32,000 nucleotides of DNA from Methanosphaera stadtmanae DSM 3091 (GCF_000012545.1 NC_007681.1:1470001-1502000); one strand, 5' to 3'. Counted from the stretch's first letter, positions 9,351 through 19,190 are shown. Made by a program: numbers and translations. Notes: a model not told the origin generated them from the letters alone.

Positions 9351-9696
9351 AAAATTTTTAGGTATACCAAAACCTTTATATACTATCGAAGTATAATATT
9401 AAATTGACTAAGAAAATTAGGTTTACCTAAATTCTTAGTTATGAGTTAAAAAATCCAATTAAAAGAATTAACAAAAATAACTATTATAAAACTACACAAT
9501 AAAAATAGTTAATCATATTTAAATCACCTATTATTAAATAAATTCTTTTAAATAATAACTCAACACTCCTTATTAAAAAAACATAATATAACATAAGCCA
9601 AAAAGAAAATAAAAAAAAATACTCTAAAACAAGCATCCAATGGAGTATTAGTACAAATAATATTTTCTTTTTAAAACTTATACTTTTTTTTAAAAA
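9351..9696 (+). repeat. Copy B of the two-copy conserved ORF-free intergenic element (partner at 812-1226)
   Basis: Same ordered set of identical blocks as copy A, about 70 nt shorter because of indels. Lies between converging genes. Confidence 0.85.
9356..9384 (+). promoter_or_regulatory. Candidate archaeal promoter: GGTATACC palindrome, A-rich BRE and TTTATATA box (copy B)
   Basis: ggtatacc at 9361-9368, then ccaaaa, then tttatata at 9375-9382. Confidence 0.45.
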
Positions 9697-10736
9697 TCAG
9701 ATACAAAATAATATATCATATTAAATCATTACAGATATTAGATAAATATATATATTATATGTGTAAAAAAAATAACTTAAGATACAAAGTAATTTGTATC
9801 GAAATTAAAAAAACATGAGAAACTGTGTATTTACAAAAAAATCTTTAAAACAATGTAAATAATAGATAGCCATCCGAAATTTAAAATAGGAATATTAAAA
9901 TCAATCTATTTAAAAAAAATTGAAGTTAATGATTAACTAAATAATAGATAAAACATAATCAAAGTATTAATTTAATTACTATTATGAATATGATAATTCA
10001 ACCAAGTATAATAAAAGTAATTATCACTATCAAGACTCTCAATAACAATAGTATGATATAATATTTCAAAACTTAAAGATTTTACTAAAATTATATACAT
10101 TATTTAAAAATAGCATCATATTTCTGAATTATGATCATAGTATCATCATAACAACTATAACATATTCGTAATTCATTGTTCTACAAGATTAGATGAAATT
10201 TTAAATAAGTAATATAAATATTACAATTAACAACTAGTGAAAAATCAAAAAGCAATGCTAAAAATACACGAAAAATAATTTGATTTATACAAAAACAACC
10301 ACTATAACAAAGCAAATACTACTAATTGTATAAATTAAAATTATTTAAAAAAAAATGAAGTTATCCTAGAAAATTAATATTTATTCATAAAAACTCTCTC
10401 AATTTCATAATATTATTGATAAAATATGAAATTGTAGACAAAAAAATTAAATTTATCTTTCTTAGTCTAAAATACCCTATATATAATGTTGAGGATGATA
10501 GACAAAGAATATAAACAATTAAAATCATCAGTAACACTAAAATAATGGTTTGAAGATAATTATTTTAAACCTAAAAAAGAAGAAGCTATGATTAAACAAA
10601 CCCATGGGCTGTGGGGGATAGCTCGATTAATCTAAACTACAATAATAGTTTATTGCCCGAGAAACACCAACCATAATAGTTGGAGTAAGTCAAAGTCTAT
10701 TTATTTTTTTTTAAGAGAACTATAACTTTATTTTTA

Positions 10737-10787
10737 GAGGTTATGACATGATTTAATAACTACTTGTTCCAATCATGTCATAATCTC
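10737..10787. repeat. Inverted repeat forming a 17-bp stem with a 17-nt loop, 3 nt beyond the proC-like stop
   Basis: gaggttatgacatgatt (10737-10753) pairs with aatcatgtcataatctc (10771-10787). There is one G-T position, which is a G-U wobble only in the + strand RNA. Confidence 0.7.
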
Positions 10788-10790
10788 ATT

Positions 10791-11567
10791 TTATGATAAT
10801 TCCTCATTTCTTTCTAAACCTTTGATTAAAGAATCATATAATGATTTTCCCTCAGAAAGACTATTTATAATAGCTTCTGTTACACCCCCAGGTGTTGAAA
10901 CTTCCTTTACAAATTCTTCTTTATTTGATTTGGGAACTAATTTCTCTGCTTTTGAAGAAATTTCAATAAAATCTGAAAATTCCTCAGCAATTTTTCCAAT
11001 AGCTTCTTTATTTTCATCTAATTGTGCATCGACAACAGAGTAAACTGCAGGTAAACATCCTGCTAAAACCATGTATTTCATTTGATTTTCATTATCTAAT
11101 ACGTAATAATCTATTTCTAATAATTTAAAAATAGTATTAGCTTTCTTATTTTCTGGGTATACTCCTGCTATGGCATTATAATTTCTAATTGTACCAGGAC
11201 CTGTTGGTATAATGCGTACAACATTGTTTGATCCTGTTTGTCTTTTAATAGTATCTATACTTATACCAGCCATGAAAGAAATTACAAGTACATCTTCATC
11301 TAATCCAAATTCACCAATCTGTCTAAAGTTCTGTGGAGGTACAGATAAAATTATTATAGAACACGATTTTACAATATCTGAATTATTATGTATTAATTCA
11401 TCTAAATTATTATCATATAAATCACTGAATGTGAAAATAGAACCATTATATGATAGTTGTATATTTTCTCGAGGATATTTTTTTTCAAGTAATGATAGTG
11501 CTAATGCTTGGCCTATATGCCCTGCTCCTATTATTCCAATATTATTTTTAAAAAGATCATCTTTCAT
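10791..11567 (-). CDS. Pyrroline-5-carboxylate reductase family protein (ProC-like NAD(P) oxidoreductase)
   Basis: 258 aa with N-terminal Rossmann [14 protein letters not shown] and C-terminal [14 protein letters not shown] resembling the P5CR signature. Confidence 0.55.
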   Translation of the reverse strand: MKDDLFKNNIGIIGAGHIGQALALSLLEKKYPRENIQLSYNGSIFTFSDLYDNNLDELIHNNSDIVKSCSIIILSVPPQNFRQIGEFGLDEDVLVISFMAGISIDTIKRQTGSNNVVRIIPTGPGTIRNYNAIAGVYPENKKANTIFKLLEIDYYVLDNENQMKYMVLAGCLPAVYSVVDAQLDENKEAIGKIAEEFSDFIEISSKAEKLVPKSNKEEFVKEVSTPGGVTEAIINSLSEGKSLYDSLIKGLERNEELS

Positions 11568-11657
11568 AAATATTATTCTCTAATTGAATACTATAATACT
11601 TTATTAAGATATAATAATATAATAATAGTTAATCTAAAAAAGAGGGGGTTAATACCA

Positions 11658-12821
11658 ATGATTGAAAGTAAATATAAATTTCTAAAAACCATAACAAAAC
11701 AGTTATATAATATGAAATCAAAGAAAATAGGCAAGGAAATTGATGGTACAACACCTCCTTCAATTTTTATTGGTAGTTATAACTATCCTAAGGTATATGC
11801 TGGACCATTAATTGCACCAGAATTTGAAGATTCCATGATTATGGATCAACCTGAAGAATGGATTTCAACAAATACTTCTCAACAAGAGATTATAAATTAT
11901 CGTCTGAATCTTGTAAGGGGAAAACAGACAATTGGAATAAATGATCTTGAAAATAGTTATGTTGAAAAATTACAGGAAATATCTATGGCTTCAAAATCAA
12001 TAGTTAGTGAAGCAGAATTTAATAAAAAGCCATATGGTATGACTTTAAGTGCAGAAAATACCCCACATGGACCAAGTGCTCTTCTTAAGAAATTTGATAT
12101 TGAAAATGTAAAATGGGATTATCAACTAGAAAAAGCATACTATGATACTGATTTAAGGGCAAGTGATGCTGTTGAAATATTACATAAGAAAAATATTCCA
12201 TTTTCACAGATACAAAAAGCATTTTCTGTTGGAACTATGGGTGAGAAGAAGAATAGAAAATTAGTACCTACCCGTTGGTCAATAACTGCTGTTGATACTA
12301 CAATTGCAAATAATTTACTTAAGAATGTTAAATATTATTCTCAAATTGATTGTTATAAAGTATATGAATTTACCAGTCTAAATAATTATTATGCTATTCT
12401 TGAAATACCTACACCATGGCAATATGAATGGATGGAAGCCTTTTTAAATACAAGTAATGGTGCTATGATTTTTACTGATTATGAACGAGATCATGGAAAA
12501 AAAGAATATTCACGTGTTGGTGGATGTTACTATACTGCTAAGATGGCTGTTCTTGAACAGATGGAACGGGACAAACAACAAGCAGGTTGTATTATTTTCA
12601 GAGAAGCTAATGAAGATTATATTCCATTGGGTGTGTTTAATGTGCGTGAGAATATTCGTCATGCAATGAATTCAAAGCCTAAGGAATTTGAAACTATGCA
12701 ACAATCACTAGATTATATTGAAACAAAATTAAAACTTACAATTAAAGATTTTAGAAGGGCTAGTGATTTATTAGATGAAATATTAAAAGAAAGACAAACT
12801 ACTCTTGATGAGTTTTTCTAG
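11658..12821 (+). CDS. nreA: Archaeal Nre-family DNA-repair-associated protein (NreA-like) with C-terminal PIP box
   Basis: I start it at ATG 11658, preceded by the GAGGGGG RBS at 11642-11648. The track's 11508 start runs through the divergent promoter and the neighbouring gene. [22 protein letters not shown] is the hallmark Nre N-terminal motif. The C-terminus QTTLDEFF matches the PCNA-interaction consensus Qxx[LIM]xx[FY][FY]. Confidence 0.7.
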   Translation: MIESKYKFLKTITKQLYNMKSKKIGKEIDGTTPPSIFIGSYNYPKVYAGPLIAPEFEDSMIMDQPEEWISTNTSQQEIINYRLNLVRGKQTIGINDLENSYVEKLQEISMASKSIVSEAEFNKKPYGMTLSAENTPHGPSALLKKFDIENVKWDYQLEKAYYDTDLRASDAVEILHKKNIPFSQIQKAFSVGTMGEKKNRKLVPTRWSITAVDTTIANNLLKNVKYYSQIDCYKVYEFTSLNNYYAILEIPTPWQYEWMEAFLNTSNGAMIFTDYERDHGKKEYSRVGGCYYTAKMAVLEQMERDKQQAGCIIFREANEDYIPLGVFNVRENIRHAMNSKPKEFETMQQSLDYIETKLKLTIKDFRRASDLLDEILKERQTTLDEFF

Positions 12822-13830
12822 GTTGGTGATATATTTGTTAAAATTAGATTATAAAAAACGTTCTGAAGATGCATCTTCCCTTATGAAGGAGGCTATTTAC
12901 TCTAATCATGATTATTATACTGATGCTATTGAAGGTATTCAAGAGTTATTGCCTTCAAATGAAACACATATACTCAATAGTGCAAATAGTTGTATATTAA
13001 CTGTTGTTGAAGCACTACCTGAACCCATACTTATACCTGATGAAGGTGGATGGAATGGATTAGAAAGAAGTGCAAAGATATTAAAAAAACAAGTAGATAC
13101 TATTGACACAGATGATGGTATTATAAATATTGAATATCTTCATAATTATTTAAAAAATAACAATGTAGGTTCTATTTATATTACAACTCTCGCTGGTTAT
13201 ACTGCATTACAACCTGTAAATGAAATTTTTGAATTATGTGCCCTATATGATGTTATCCTTGTTTTAGATATTTCAGGTACAGTAGGATCTAATGAATTGT
13301 CATCACAAGAACACTGTGATATCCAAGTATGTTCAACAGGCTCACCTAAAATAGTGAATATAGAAAATGGTGGATTTATAAACAACATAACACAGAAATT
13401 AAAATTCAACAACCACCTATTAAAAACATTTAAAGCAGATAATATAACATGTGCTGGAATAAGTAATGAAATAACAAAGGCACCACTCATATTAGATAAA
13501 ACAATAAAATTAAATACTTATCTTAAAAAAGAATTATCAAAAAAATTAGAAGATGATACAACACATAATGTCATACATAGTAACTCCATTGGAATAAACA
13601 CCATATTTACAACAGAAAGTAAAAGTAAAACTAAAAAATTAGCATATAATATAAGACAAAAACTCGATATTACAGATAATAAAAGTATAATAACAACAGG
13701 CCCTAATTATAATAGACTAAAAAAACCATGTGTTGCCATAGAAGTAAAAAATTTAGATATAAATCAATTAAATCAAGAAAAAATTGATGAATTAATAGAA
13801 ATTATAATAGAATCAATAAATGAACAATGA
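12808..13830 (+). CDS. Hypothetical protein, possibly fold-type-I PLP-dependent transferase-like
   Basis: About 340 aa. The ATG at 12808 lies inside the nreA PIP-box codons (14-nt overlap). The layout ILIPDEGGW...[39 protein letters not shown]...CSTGSPKI resembles small-domain/Asp/Lys regions of class-V-like aminotransferases. This is a weak call by eye. Confidence 0.45.
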   Translation: MSFSRLVIYLLKLDYKKRSEDASSLMKEAIYSNHDYYTDAIEGIQELLPSNETHILNSANSCILTVVEALPEPILIPDEGGWNGLERSAKILKKQVDTIDTDDGIINIEYLHNYLKNNNVGSIYITTLAGYTALQPVNEIFELCALYDVILVLDISGTVGSNELSSQEHCDIQVCSTGSPKIVNIENGGFINNITQKLKFNNHLLKTFKADNITCAGISNEITKAPLILDKTIKLNTYLKKELSKKLEDDTTHNVIHSNSIGINTIFTTESKSKTKKLAYNIRQKLDITDNKSIITTGPNYNRLKKPCVAIEVKNLDINQLNQEKIDELIEIIIESINEQ

Positions 13831-13901
13831 AGTTACTCCATGCAGTCATATATTTCAAGTGTAAAAATCATTACAAATTATTTAAAAAAAGAAAAAGAGA
13901 A

Positions 13902-14438
13902 TTAATTTTTTATTGAAAGTAATGCAATTTTTTCACAGAGAGTATCCTCTATATTTTCATCATTTACTAGTTCATATTTCTCCACTATTTTTTTAGAGTC
14001 ATATTCTTCTAGTAATTCATCACGTCTATTGGATAAAAACATTTCTACTTCCATTATTTGTTTATCTGTTGTATTAATATATACTACTGTAATATTTCCT
14101 TGTTTTTTAATTCCAAGTAAGTTAAGAGCCTGTGTTATTTGTTTTTGTGCTGATAATCTTACACATATTTCAAGTCCTCTGTCATGAGCAAAATTTTGTT
14201 TTTCCTGAAATGCCTTTATTGACTGTGCTATTGCTTGATTTAAGTGTTTAATTCCACAGATATAATCACAATCCAATAACTGTATCGTTGAATCTTCTTT
14301 TTGGGAAGTTATGTTATCTATTTTTTTTAGAAATTCTGGAATATTTTCAATTGTATTATCAGGATAGGAATGTATTGTTATTGTGTATTCATTAAGTAAT
14401 TGTTTCTGTAAATCCATTCTTTCATCTTCTTTTTTCAT
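13902..14438 (-). CDS. cgi121: KEOPS complex subunit Cgi121-like
   Basis: 178 aa. [51 protein letters not shown] matches the conserved Cgi121 core. The start is ambiguous: ATG 14438 overlaps the upstream gene by 17 nt, while ATG 14417 lies 4 nt after its stop. Confidence 0.55.
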   Translation of the reverse strand: MKKEDERMDLQKQLLNEYTITIHSYPDNTIENIPEFLKKIDNITSQKEDSTIQLLDCDYICGIKHLNQAIAQSIKAFQEKQNFAHDRGLEICVRLSAQKQITQALNLLGIKKQGNITVVYINTTDKQIMEVEMFLSNRRDELLEEYDSKKIVEKYELVNDENIEDTLCEKIALLSIKN

Positions 14439-15909
14439 CTGTAAGTATTTTATTTACTCCTTTTAAATATGCTTCTACACTTGCCATTATAATATCAGGT
14501 TCTGTACTTCTTGCTGTTATTACCTTATCATTATATTTAAGTTTTACAAGTACGTCAATCAATGCATCTGTTCCACCAGTAATTGCATCAACATGGTATT
14601 CTTCAAGTGTAATATCAGCAGTATCTTTAATTGTTTTTCGTATTGCCTCAATTGCAGCATCAACTGGCCCTACACCTACTCCTGCTTCTATTCTTTCACT
14701 ATTATTTATATTTACTTTTACTGATGCTGTTGGTGTTACTTTATTTCCAGAAACTGTTGTGTATTCTTGAAGTACTAATGAGTCTTCCATGTCAATATTT
14801 AGAATATCATCTGTTATTGCTTGTAAATCCACATCTGTTACTGTTTTTCCCATGTCTGATAATGATTTTACTCTTTCAAATATTCTATTTAATTCATCAT
14901 CTGTTACTTGTGTATTAGTTTCCTTTATTTTTTCATGTATCACATGTTTTCCAACATGTTTTCCTAGTATAAATCTTCTTCTATGTCCTACTGTTTCTGG
15001 TTTTATTGGTTCATATGTTTCTGATTTTTTTAGTACTCCATCTGCATGTATTCCAGATTCATGTGCAAATGCATTACTTCCAACTATTGCCTTATTAGAT
15101 TGAAGTGTAACTCCAGATATTCTCTCTACAAGTTGAGATATTTCATAGAATAATTCAGTTTTTATTCCTGTTTTTATGTTGTATAATGATTCTATTGCCA
15201 TTACTAACTCTTCACAGGAAGCATTACCTGCTCTCTCTCCAAGACCATTTATTGTTACGTGTGCCTGTTGTGCTCCAGCATTTAAAGCTGCTAGTGTATT
15301 TGCAACTGCAAGTCCAAAGTCATTATGACAATGAACACTAAGTGGTTGTGGAAGTTGTGCTAATTCTTTATAGAATTCATAGGAACGTTCTGGTGTTAAG
15401 ATTCCCACTGTATCACATGCACATAGCCTATCTGCTCCAACCTCAATACATTGATTATATAGATGTTTAAGATCATCCATACCTGTTCTTGTTGCATCTT
15501 CTGTTGATAATTCAACTATTAAACCATGACTTTTAGCATATTCTGTTGCATTAACTGCCATTTCTTCTACTTGTTCTCTTGTTTTACGTAGTTTATAGTC
15601 AATGTGTAAATCTGATGATGGAATTACTAGATGAATACTATCCACATCACAATCAAGTGCTGTATCTATATCTATCTTCATTGGTCTTGCAAAACTACAT
15701 ATTTCTGCATTTAACTTATTTTCTGTTATGGTTTTAATACTTTTTTGTTCATCTTTTGATGTTATAGCAGAACCTGCTTCTATAACATCCACACCTAACT
15801 CATCTAATTTTGAAGCTATTCTTAACTTTTCATTAGATGTGATTAATACTCCAGGTGTTTGTTCTCCATCCCTTAGAGTAGTATCCAATATTTTTAAATC
15901 ATTTAACAT
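14422..15909 (-). CDS. cimA: (R)-citramalate synthase / 2-isopropylmalate synthase family (CimA-like, with C-terminal LeuA dimerisation/regulatory domain)
   Basis: Contains [41 protein letters not shown] and HESGIH, plus a C-terminal domain [14 protein letters not shown]. Family assignment is secure; CimA versus LeuA is tentative. I start it at ATG 15909 because AGGTGA (complement of 15915-20) sits 5 nt upstream. The track's start at 15918 is a GTG. Confidence 0.8.
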   Translation of the reverse strand: MLNDLKILDTTLRDGEQTPGVLITSNEKLRIASKLDELGVDVIEAGSAITSKDEQKSIKTITENKLNAEICSFARPMKIDIDTALDCDVDSIHLVIPSSDLHIDYKLRKTREQVEEMAVNATEYAKSHGLIVELSTEDATRTGMDDLKHLYNQCIEVGADRLCACDTVGILTPERSYEFYKELAQLPQPLSVHCHNDFGLAVANTLAALNAGAQQAHVTINGLGERAGNASCEELVMAIESLYNIKTGIKTELFYEISQLVERISGVTLQSNKAIVGSNAFAHESGIHADGVLKKSETYEPIKPETVGHRRRFILGKHVGKHVIHEKIKETNTQVTDDELNRIFERVKSLSDMGKTVTDVDLQAITDDILNIDMEDSLVLQEYTTVSGNKVTPTASVKVNINNSERIEAGVGVGPVDAAIEAIRKTIKDTADITLEEYHVDAITGGTDALIDVLVKLKYNDKVITARSTEPDIIMASVEAYLKGVNKILTDEKRR

Positions 15910-15918
15910 GATTATCAC

Positions 15919-16989
15919 CTATTTTTTTGATAAAACAGTTATTATACGTGTTAAACTTTTATGCATTCTAATAGCATGTTGTTGATTAATTTTAAGGGAT
16001 GTACCCTCTACAACTTCATTTAGGTCTATGTAATGTGGACTTGCCATACATATATACCCATCATCTTTTAAATAATTTGAAATTGCAATTAGTGCTTCAT
16101 GATATAGTTCTTTTGTATTATCTCCACCAAGAGTTGTTGATATACCATATGGTGGATCCATTGCCACTGCATCAACTGTTTCATCAAGTTCTAATTTTCG
16201 TACATCTTCCCACATTATTTTAAAGTCTTCAAAACCTTCATGTGCCAAGTTAAGTTTTGAACCTTCATACATATGTTTTTCAATATCTGAACCAATTAAT
16301 TTAGTATTTAATATTCCTGCTTCTATAAGAATTCCACCAGTTCCACAGAATGGATCAAGTACAGTGTCGTTGTTATGTACATGAGCTAAATTCACCATAC
16401 ATAATGCTAGTTTTGGACTCATTGAACCTGGATGAAAGTATGGTCTTTTATGTGGTTTGTTGTCAAAGAAATGTTTTTTATCTTGTTCTATTATTAATTG
16501 GCTTATTATTACTTTATTATATTTTTTTATAGATACTTCTTTGTATTCATTTACTACTTGTTCTGGATTTGTGTATATTAACTTAATTGTACATATTGCA
16601 TCATCTAATGATACTGGCATGTTTGATTTTTGTTTAATAAATCCACCAATATTACGTTCAATTTTATCTTTATCAACATCACCACCACCCATACGTTTAA
16701 CACGTACTTTAAATGAATCTGTAACATATTTTGTCCAATCTATATCCTCTATTGATTCTTCAAGTTTTTCTGGTGTTGTTTTAGATATTGTTTTTAGTAT
16801 TTCATGAGTATATCCTAAATGACTTCCCAATTCTACAATATCTTCCCATGTAGCCCCAACATCCAATTCTATTATTCCAGGATATTCATTTAAAATAGTG
16901 TATTTTATATCCAATGTTTCTAGTCTTGATAATAGTTCTGCTTTAGGTAATGTTTCATTTTCTTGGGAAAGTACTACAGTGATTTCCAT
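15919..16989 (-). CDS. Archaeal Trm11/Trm-G10-type tRNA (guanine-N2)-methyltransferase (THUMP domain plus class-I MTase)
   Basis: The N-terminus MEITVVLSQENETLPKAELL is the typical aTrm11 start. SAM motif I is DPFCGTGGILIEAG and motif IV is MDPPYG. Confidence 0.7.
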   Translation of the reverse strand: MEITVVLSQENETLPKAELLSRLETLDIKYTILNEYPGIIELDVGATWEDIVELGSHLGYTHEILKTISKTTPEKLEESIEDIDWTKYVTDSFKVRVKRMGGGDVDKDKIERNIGGFIKQKSNMPVSLDDAICTIKLIYTNPEQVVNEYKEVSIKKYNKVIISQLIIEQDKKHFFDNKPHKRPYFHPGSMSPKLALCMVNLAHVHNNDTVLDPFCGTGGILIEAGILNTKLIGSDIEKHMYEGSKLNLAHEGFEDFKIMWEDVRKLELDETVDAVAMDPPYGISTTLGGDNTKELYHEALIAISNYLKDDGYICMASPHYIDLNEVVEGTSLKINQQHAIRMHKSLTRIITVLSKK

Positions 16990-18134
16990 ATATTTTTCAG
17001 TCTCCTTACACCTATTTTTGGTAATAATTTAAAAATTATTCCTGTTTTTATTAATTGTTTTAGTAATGGAATTTGATTATCCATATCACCATATTCTGAA
17101 ATTATTTTATCAACATCATATTCATTTAATTGATTGAACATATAATTAAAATCATCCTCAGTCATGTTTTCCATTATATTTTGAACATTATGTTGAGTCC
17201 TAAATTCTTCATCATATCTTTCATGATATTCTCTTTCATAGTTTTCTAGGTATGAATTATCTCCAGATTCAAGCATTTTATTACTGTTATTTTTTGCAAT
17301 TTCTGTACAGTTAAATCCTGAAATAATACCTCCACCTGTTGTAGGTTTAACTTGACTTGCCGTGTCTCCTAGAAGTATTGTGTTGTTTTGAACTATTTTC
17401 TTATTAATATTAAATCTAGGAATAATTCCATAATGTTTTTGAATAATTTCATCATTTAATGAAAGCTCATTATCCAATAGTTTTGTTGCTCCACCATAGG
17501 AATTTTTTGTAAATAAACCAATTCTTGATTGGTTAGATGATACTGGTATTTTCCATAAAAATCCAGGTAATAGTTCTTCTCTAACAGATACATCCACAAA
17601 TTCAGTACTTGGATTATCTGTTTGTATAGTGTATTGTATTGCCATGAATGAATCTTCATCTAAATTAGGATTCATTTTCTTTGATGTTTTTGAATTAGGT
17701 CCACATGCTACTGCTATTAATTTAGCTCTATGATATGCATTACCTATTCTTAATGTGGTGTTGTTAATATCAACATCATCCACCATTGTTCCTATATGGG
17801 CATCCACTCCAGCATTGATAGCTCTATCAAACAAGTACTTATCATACAATACCCTATCTAGCACATATGCTACTGTATTATCTTTTTCAACATGTATTGT
17901 CGTTTTATTTGGTGATATTAAGTTAGCTCCCCTAACTTCATTAGATATAAATTCTCTTGGTAAATTTTTAGTATCATCAATATTTGTTGAAACCAGTCCA
18001 GCACATTGTAGTGGTTGACCTATCCTATTTTTCATATCAAAGAGAGCTACATCATATCCTAATTTTGCCATTTTATATGCATATGTAGATCCTATTGGTC
18101 CACCACCAACTACAATTATATCATAATTTGTCAT
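16974..18134 (-). CDS. Geranylgeranyl reductase family FAD-dependent oxidoreductase (second paralog)
   Basis: DIIVVGGGPIGSTYAYKMAKLGYDVALFDMK, PLQCAGLVS and LLGDTASQVKPTTGGGI. Its last 16 nt overlap the start of the Trm11 gene. Confidence 0.7.
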   Translation of the reverse strand: MTNYDIIVVGGGPIGSTYAYKMAKLGYDVALFDMKNRIGQPLQCAGLVSTNIDDTKNLPREFISNEVRGANLISPNKTTIHVEKDNTVAYVLDRVLYDKYLFDRAINAGVDAHIGTMVDDVDINNTTLRIGNAYHRAKLIAVACGPNSKTSKKMNPNLDEDSFMAIQYTIQTDNPSTEFVDVSVREELLPGFLWKIPVSSNQSRIGLFTKNSYGGATKLLDNELSLNDEIIQKHYGIIPRFNINKKIVQNNTILLGDTASQVKPTTGGGIISGFNCTEIAKNNSNKMLESGDNSYLENYEREYHERYDEEFRTQHNVQNIMENMTEDDFNYMFNQLNEYDVDKIISEYGDMDNQIPLLKQLIKTGIIFKLLPKIGVRRLKNIWKSL

Positions 18135-18223
18135 ATTTTACATCCAATTTGTTGTATAATTCAAAAAAAAATCTATAATAAATATAACTCCATCAATCTA
18201 AAAAAAAAGAAGGTGAAATAAAA

Positions 18224-19063
18224 TTATTTATACTTTTTAAATCTATTTTGATGTTTGTTAATTATTTCATCCAGTTCTCTTTTAGATTTTTTCTTATCCC
18301 CCATCATTTGTTTCCATTTAGAAGTTTTAGTATTTTCTTCTTGGATACCTCTATAATCCCTTTGATTATCAAAATTCTGATTATAATTATCATATTGGTA
18401 ATCCTGTTGATAATTATTTGATTGAGTATTGTATTTGTTAAATCTAGGATCATATGTGGAATTGAAATTTGAATATCCCCTATATGAGTCTGATTGGACA
18501 TTACTTATCTTATTCATTACAATATCTTCAACTTTACTAGGATTTGGTACTGCATCAAGAATCGTTTCTGAGTTATCATGTCCACCATAGATTATCATAT
18601 TTCCACAGTTTAGAATTCTTTCAATAATTGATTGAGAAACTTCTATATCTTGTATTTTACTATAAGACATGGCGATTTTTTCTTTATGGAAAAATCCCCT
18701 CCTTATTATTACACGTTGTTCTGTTAAAGTATAGAGTGTATAATTCCAATCTAAAACATCCAATCCTATTTTTATAATTACAATTAAAATACAAAAAATA
18801 AGTATTAATTCCATTATAAAAGTCATATTTTCAAGATTGATTTGAAAAGTTGTTAATAAATTACTTTGTATACCATAGAATACTGTTATTAATGGTGCAA
18901 ATAAAAATACTAACAGGAATAATACCACTATTTTCAGTACAAAATTATCTGAGTATAATAATATGTTCGGTCTTGTTTCAAGAAGAACATGTTCACTATT
19001 AGATGGTCTATTATCATAGGTATTATACTTATTTTGCCTAGATTGATTAGGTTTTGGCATCAT
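18224..19063 (-). CDS. Membrane protein with bacterial-type PH domain (YdbS/YdbT-like, bPH_2) and N/Q/Y-rich tail
   Basis: Two hydrophobic helices (aa ~41-65 and ~82-100), then YTLTEQRVIIRRGFFHKEKIAMSYSKIQDIEVSQSIIERILNCGNMIIYG, the bPH_2 pattern. The C-terminus is a low-complexity N/Q/Y region followed by a Lys-rich end. Confidence 0.6.
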   Translation of the reverse strand: MMPKPNQSRQNKYNTYDNRPSNSEHVLLETRPNILLYSDNFVLKIVVLFLLVFLFAPLITVFYGIQSNLLTTFQINLENMTFIMELILIFCILIVIIKIGLDVLDWNYTLYTLTEQRVIIRRGFFHKEKIAMSYSKIQDIEVSQSIIERILNCGNMIIYGGHDNSETILDAVPNPSKVEDIVMNKISNVQSDSYRGYSNFNSTYDPRFNKYNTQSNNYQQDYQYDNYNQNFDNQRDYRGIQEENTKTSKWKQMMGDKKKSKRELDEIINKHQNRFKKYK

Positions 19064-19190
19064 AGATAATCATGCCCCCATTTATTATTTTAAATATGTT
19101 AAGTATATTTGTTAATAATAAATAATATAATTTTATAAAAGATTTAAAAAAAAGATACTTGATTCTATAAAATAATAAATCGTGATTTTA

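Noticed and set aside
9907-10363. A 22-nt near-identical direct repeat, tatttaaaaaaaa[t/a]tgaagtta, at 9907-9928 and 10342-10363.
   Set aside because: It matches 21 of 22 positions but is dominated by an A8-9 run in >80% AT sequence, so it could arise by chance. The flanks are only loosely similar. Worth a computational check but not a supported feature.
10488-10545. Possible C/D-box sRNA (ggatgata ... atcatcag; TGATGA on the minus strand).
   Set aside because: No properly spaced CTGA D box or C'/D' pair on either strand, and the terminal stem is weak. A single UGAUGA-like hexamer is expected by chance.
10588-10635. A 15-codon ORF (MIKQTHGLWGIARLI) covering the start of the GC island. Also tiny ORFs inside the repeat copies: ATGACAAGTTAA at 923-934, ATGAGTTAA at 9441-9449, and a 10-codon minus-strand ORF after AGGTGA in copy B only.
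   Set aside because: No convincing RBS or conservation between copies, and the lengths are too short to evaluate. Treated as non-coding.
10606-10690. Possible tRNA or tRNA fragment (starts gggctgtggggga tagctcg).
   Set aside because: I could not build a cloverleaf. There is no complementary 3' acceptor strand, no GTTCRAATC-like T-loop and no plausible D or anticodon arms. It is kept only as an unclassified structured island.
9086-10790. Replication origin in the AT-rich gene desert.
   Set aside because: No adjacent cdc6/orc1 gene. I found no multiple ORB or mini-ORB-type repeats flanking an unwinding element, only low-complexity A/T matches.
11508-11657. A 50-codon N-terminal extension of the NreA ORF as given in the ORF track.
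   Set aside because: The extension overlaps the proC-like gene start and the divergent promoter region and encodes junk-like sequence. A strong GAGGGGG RBS precedes the internal ATG at 11658, where the conserved Nre sequence begins.
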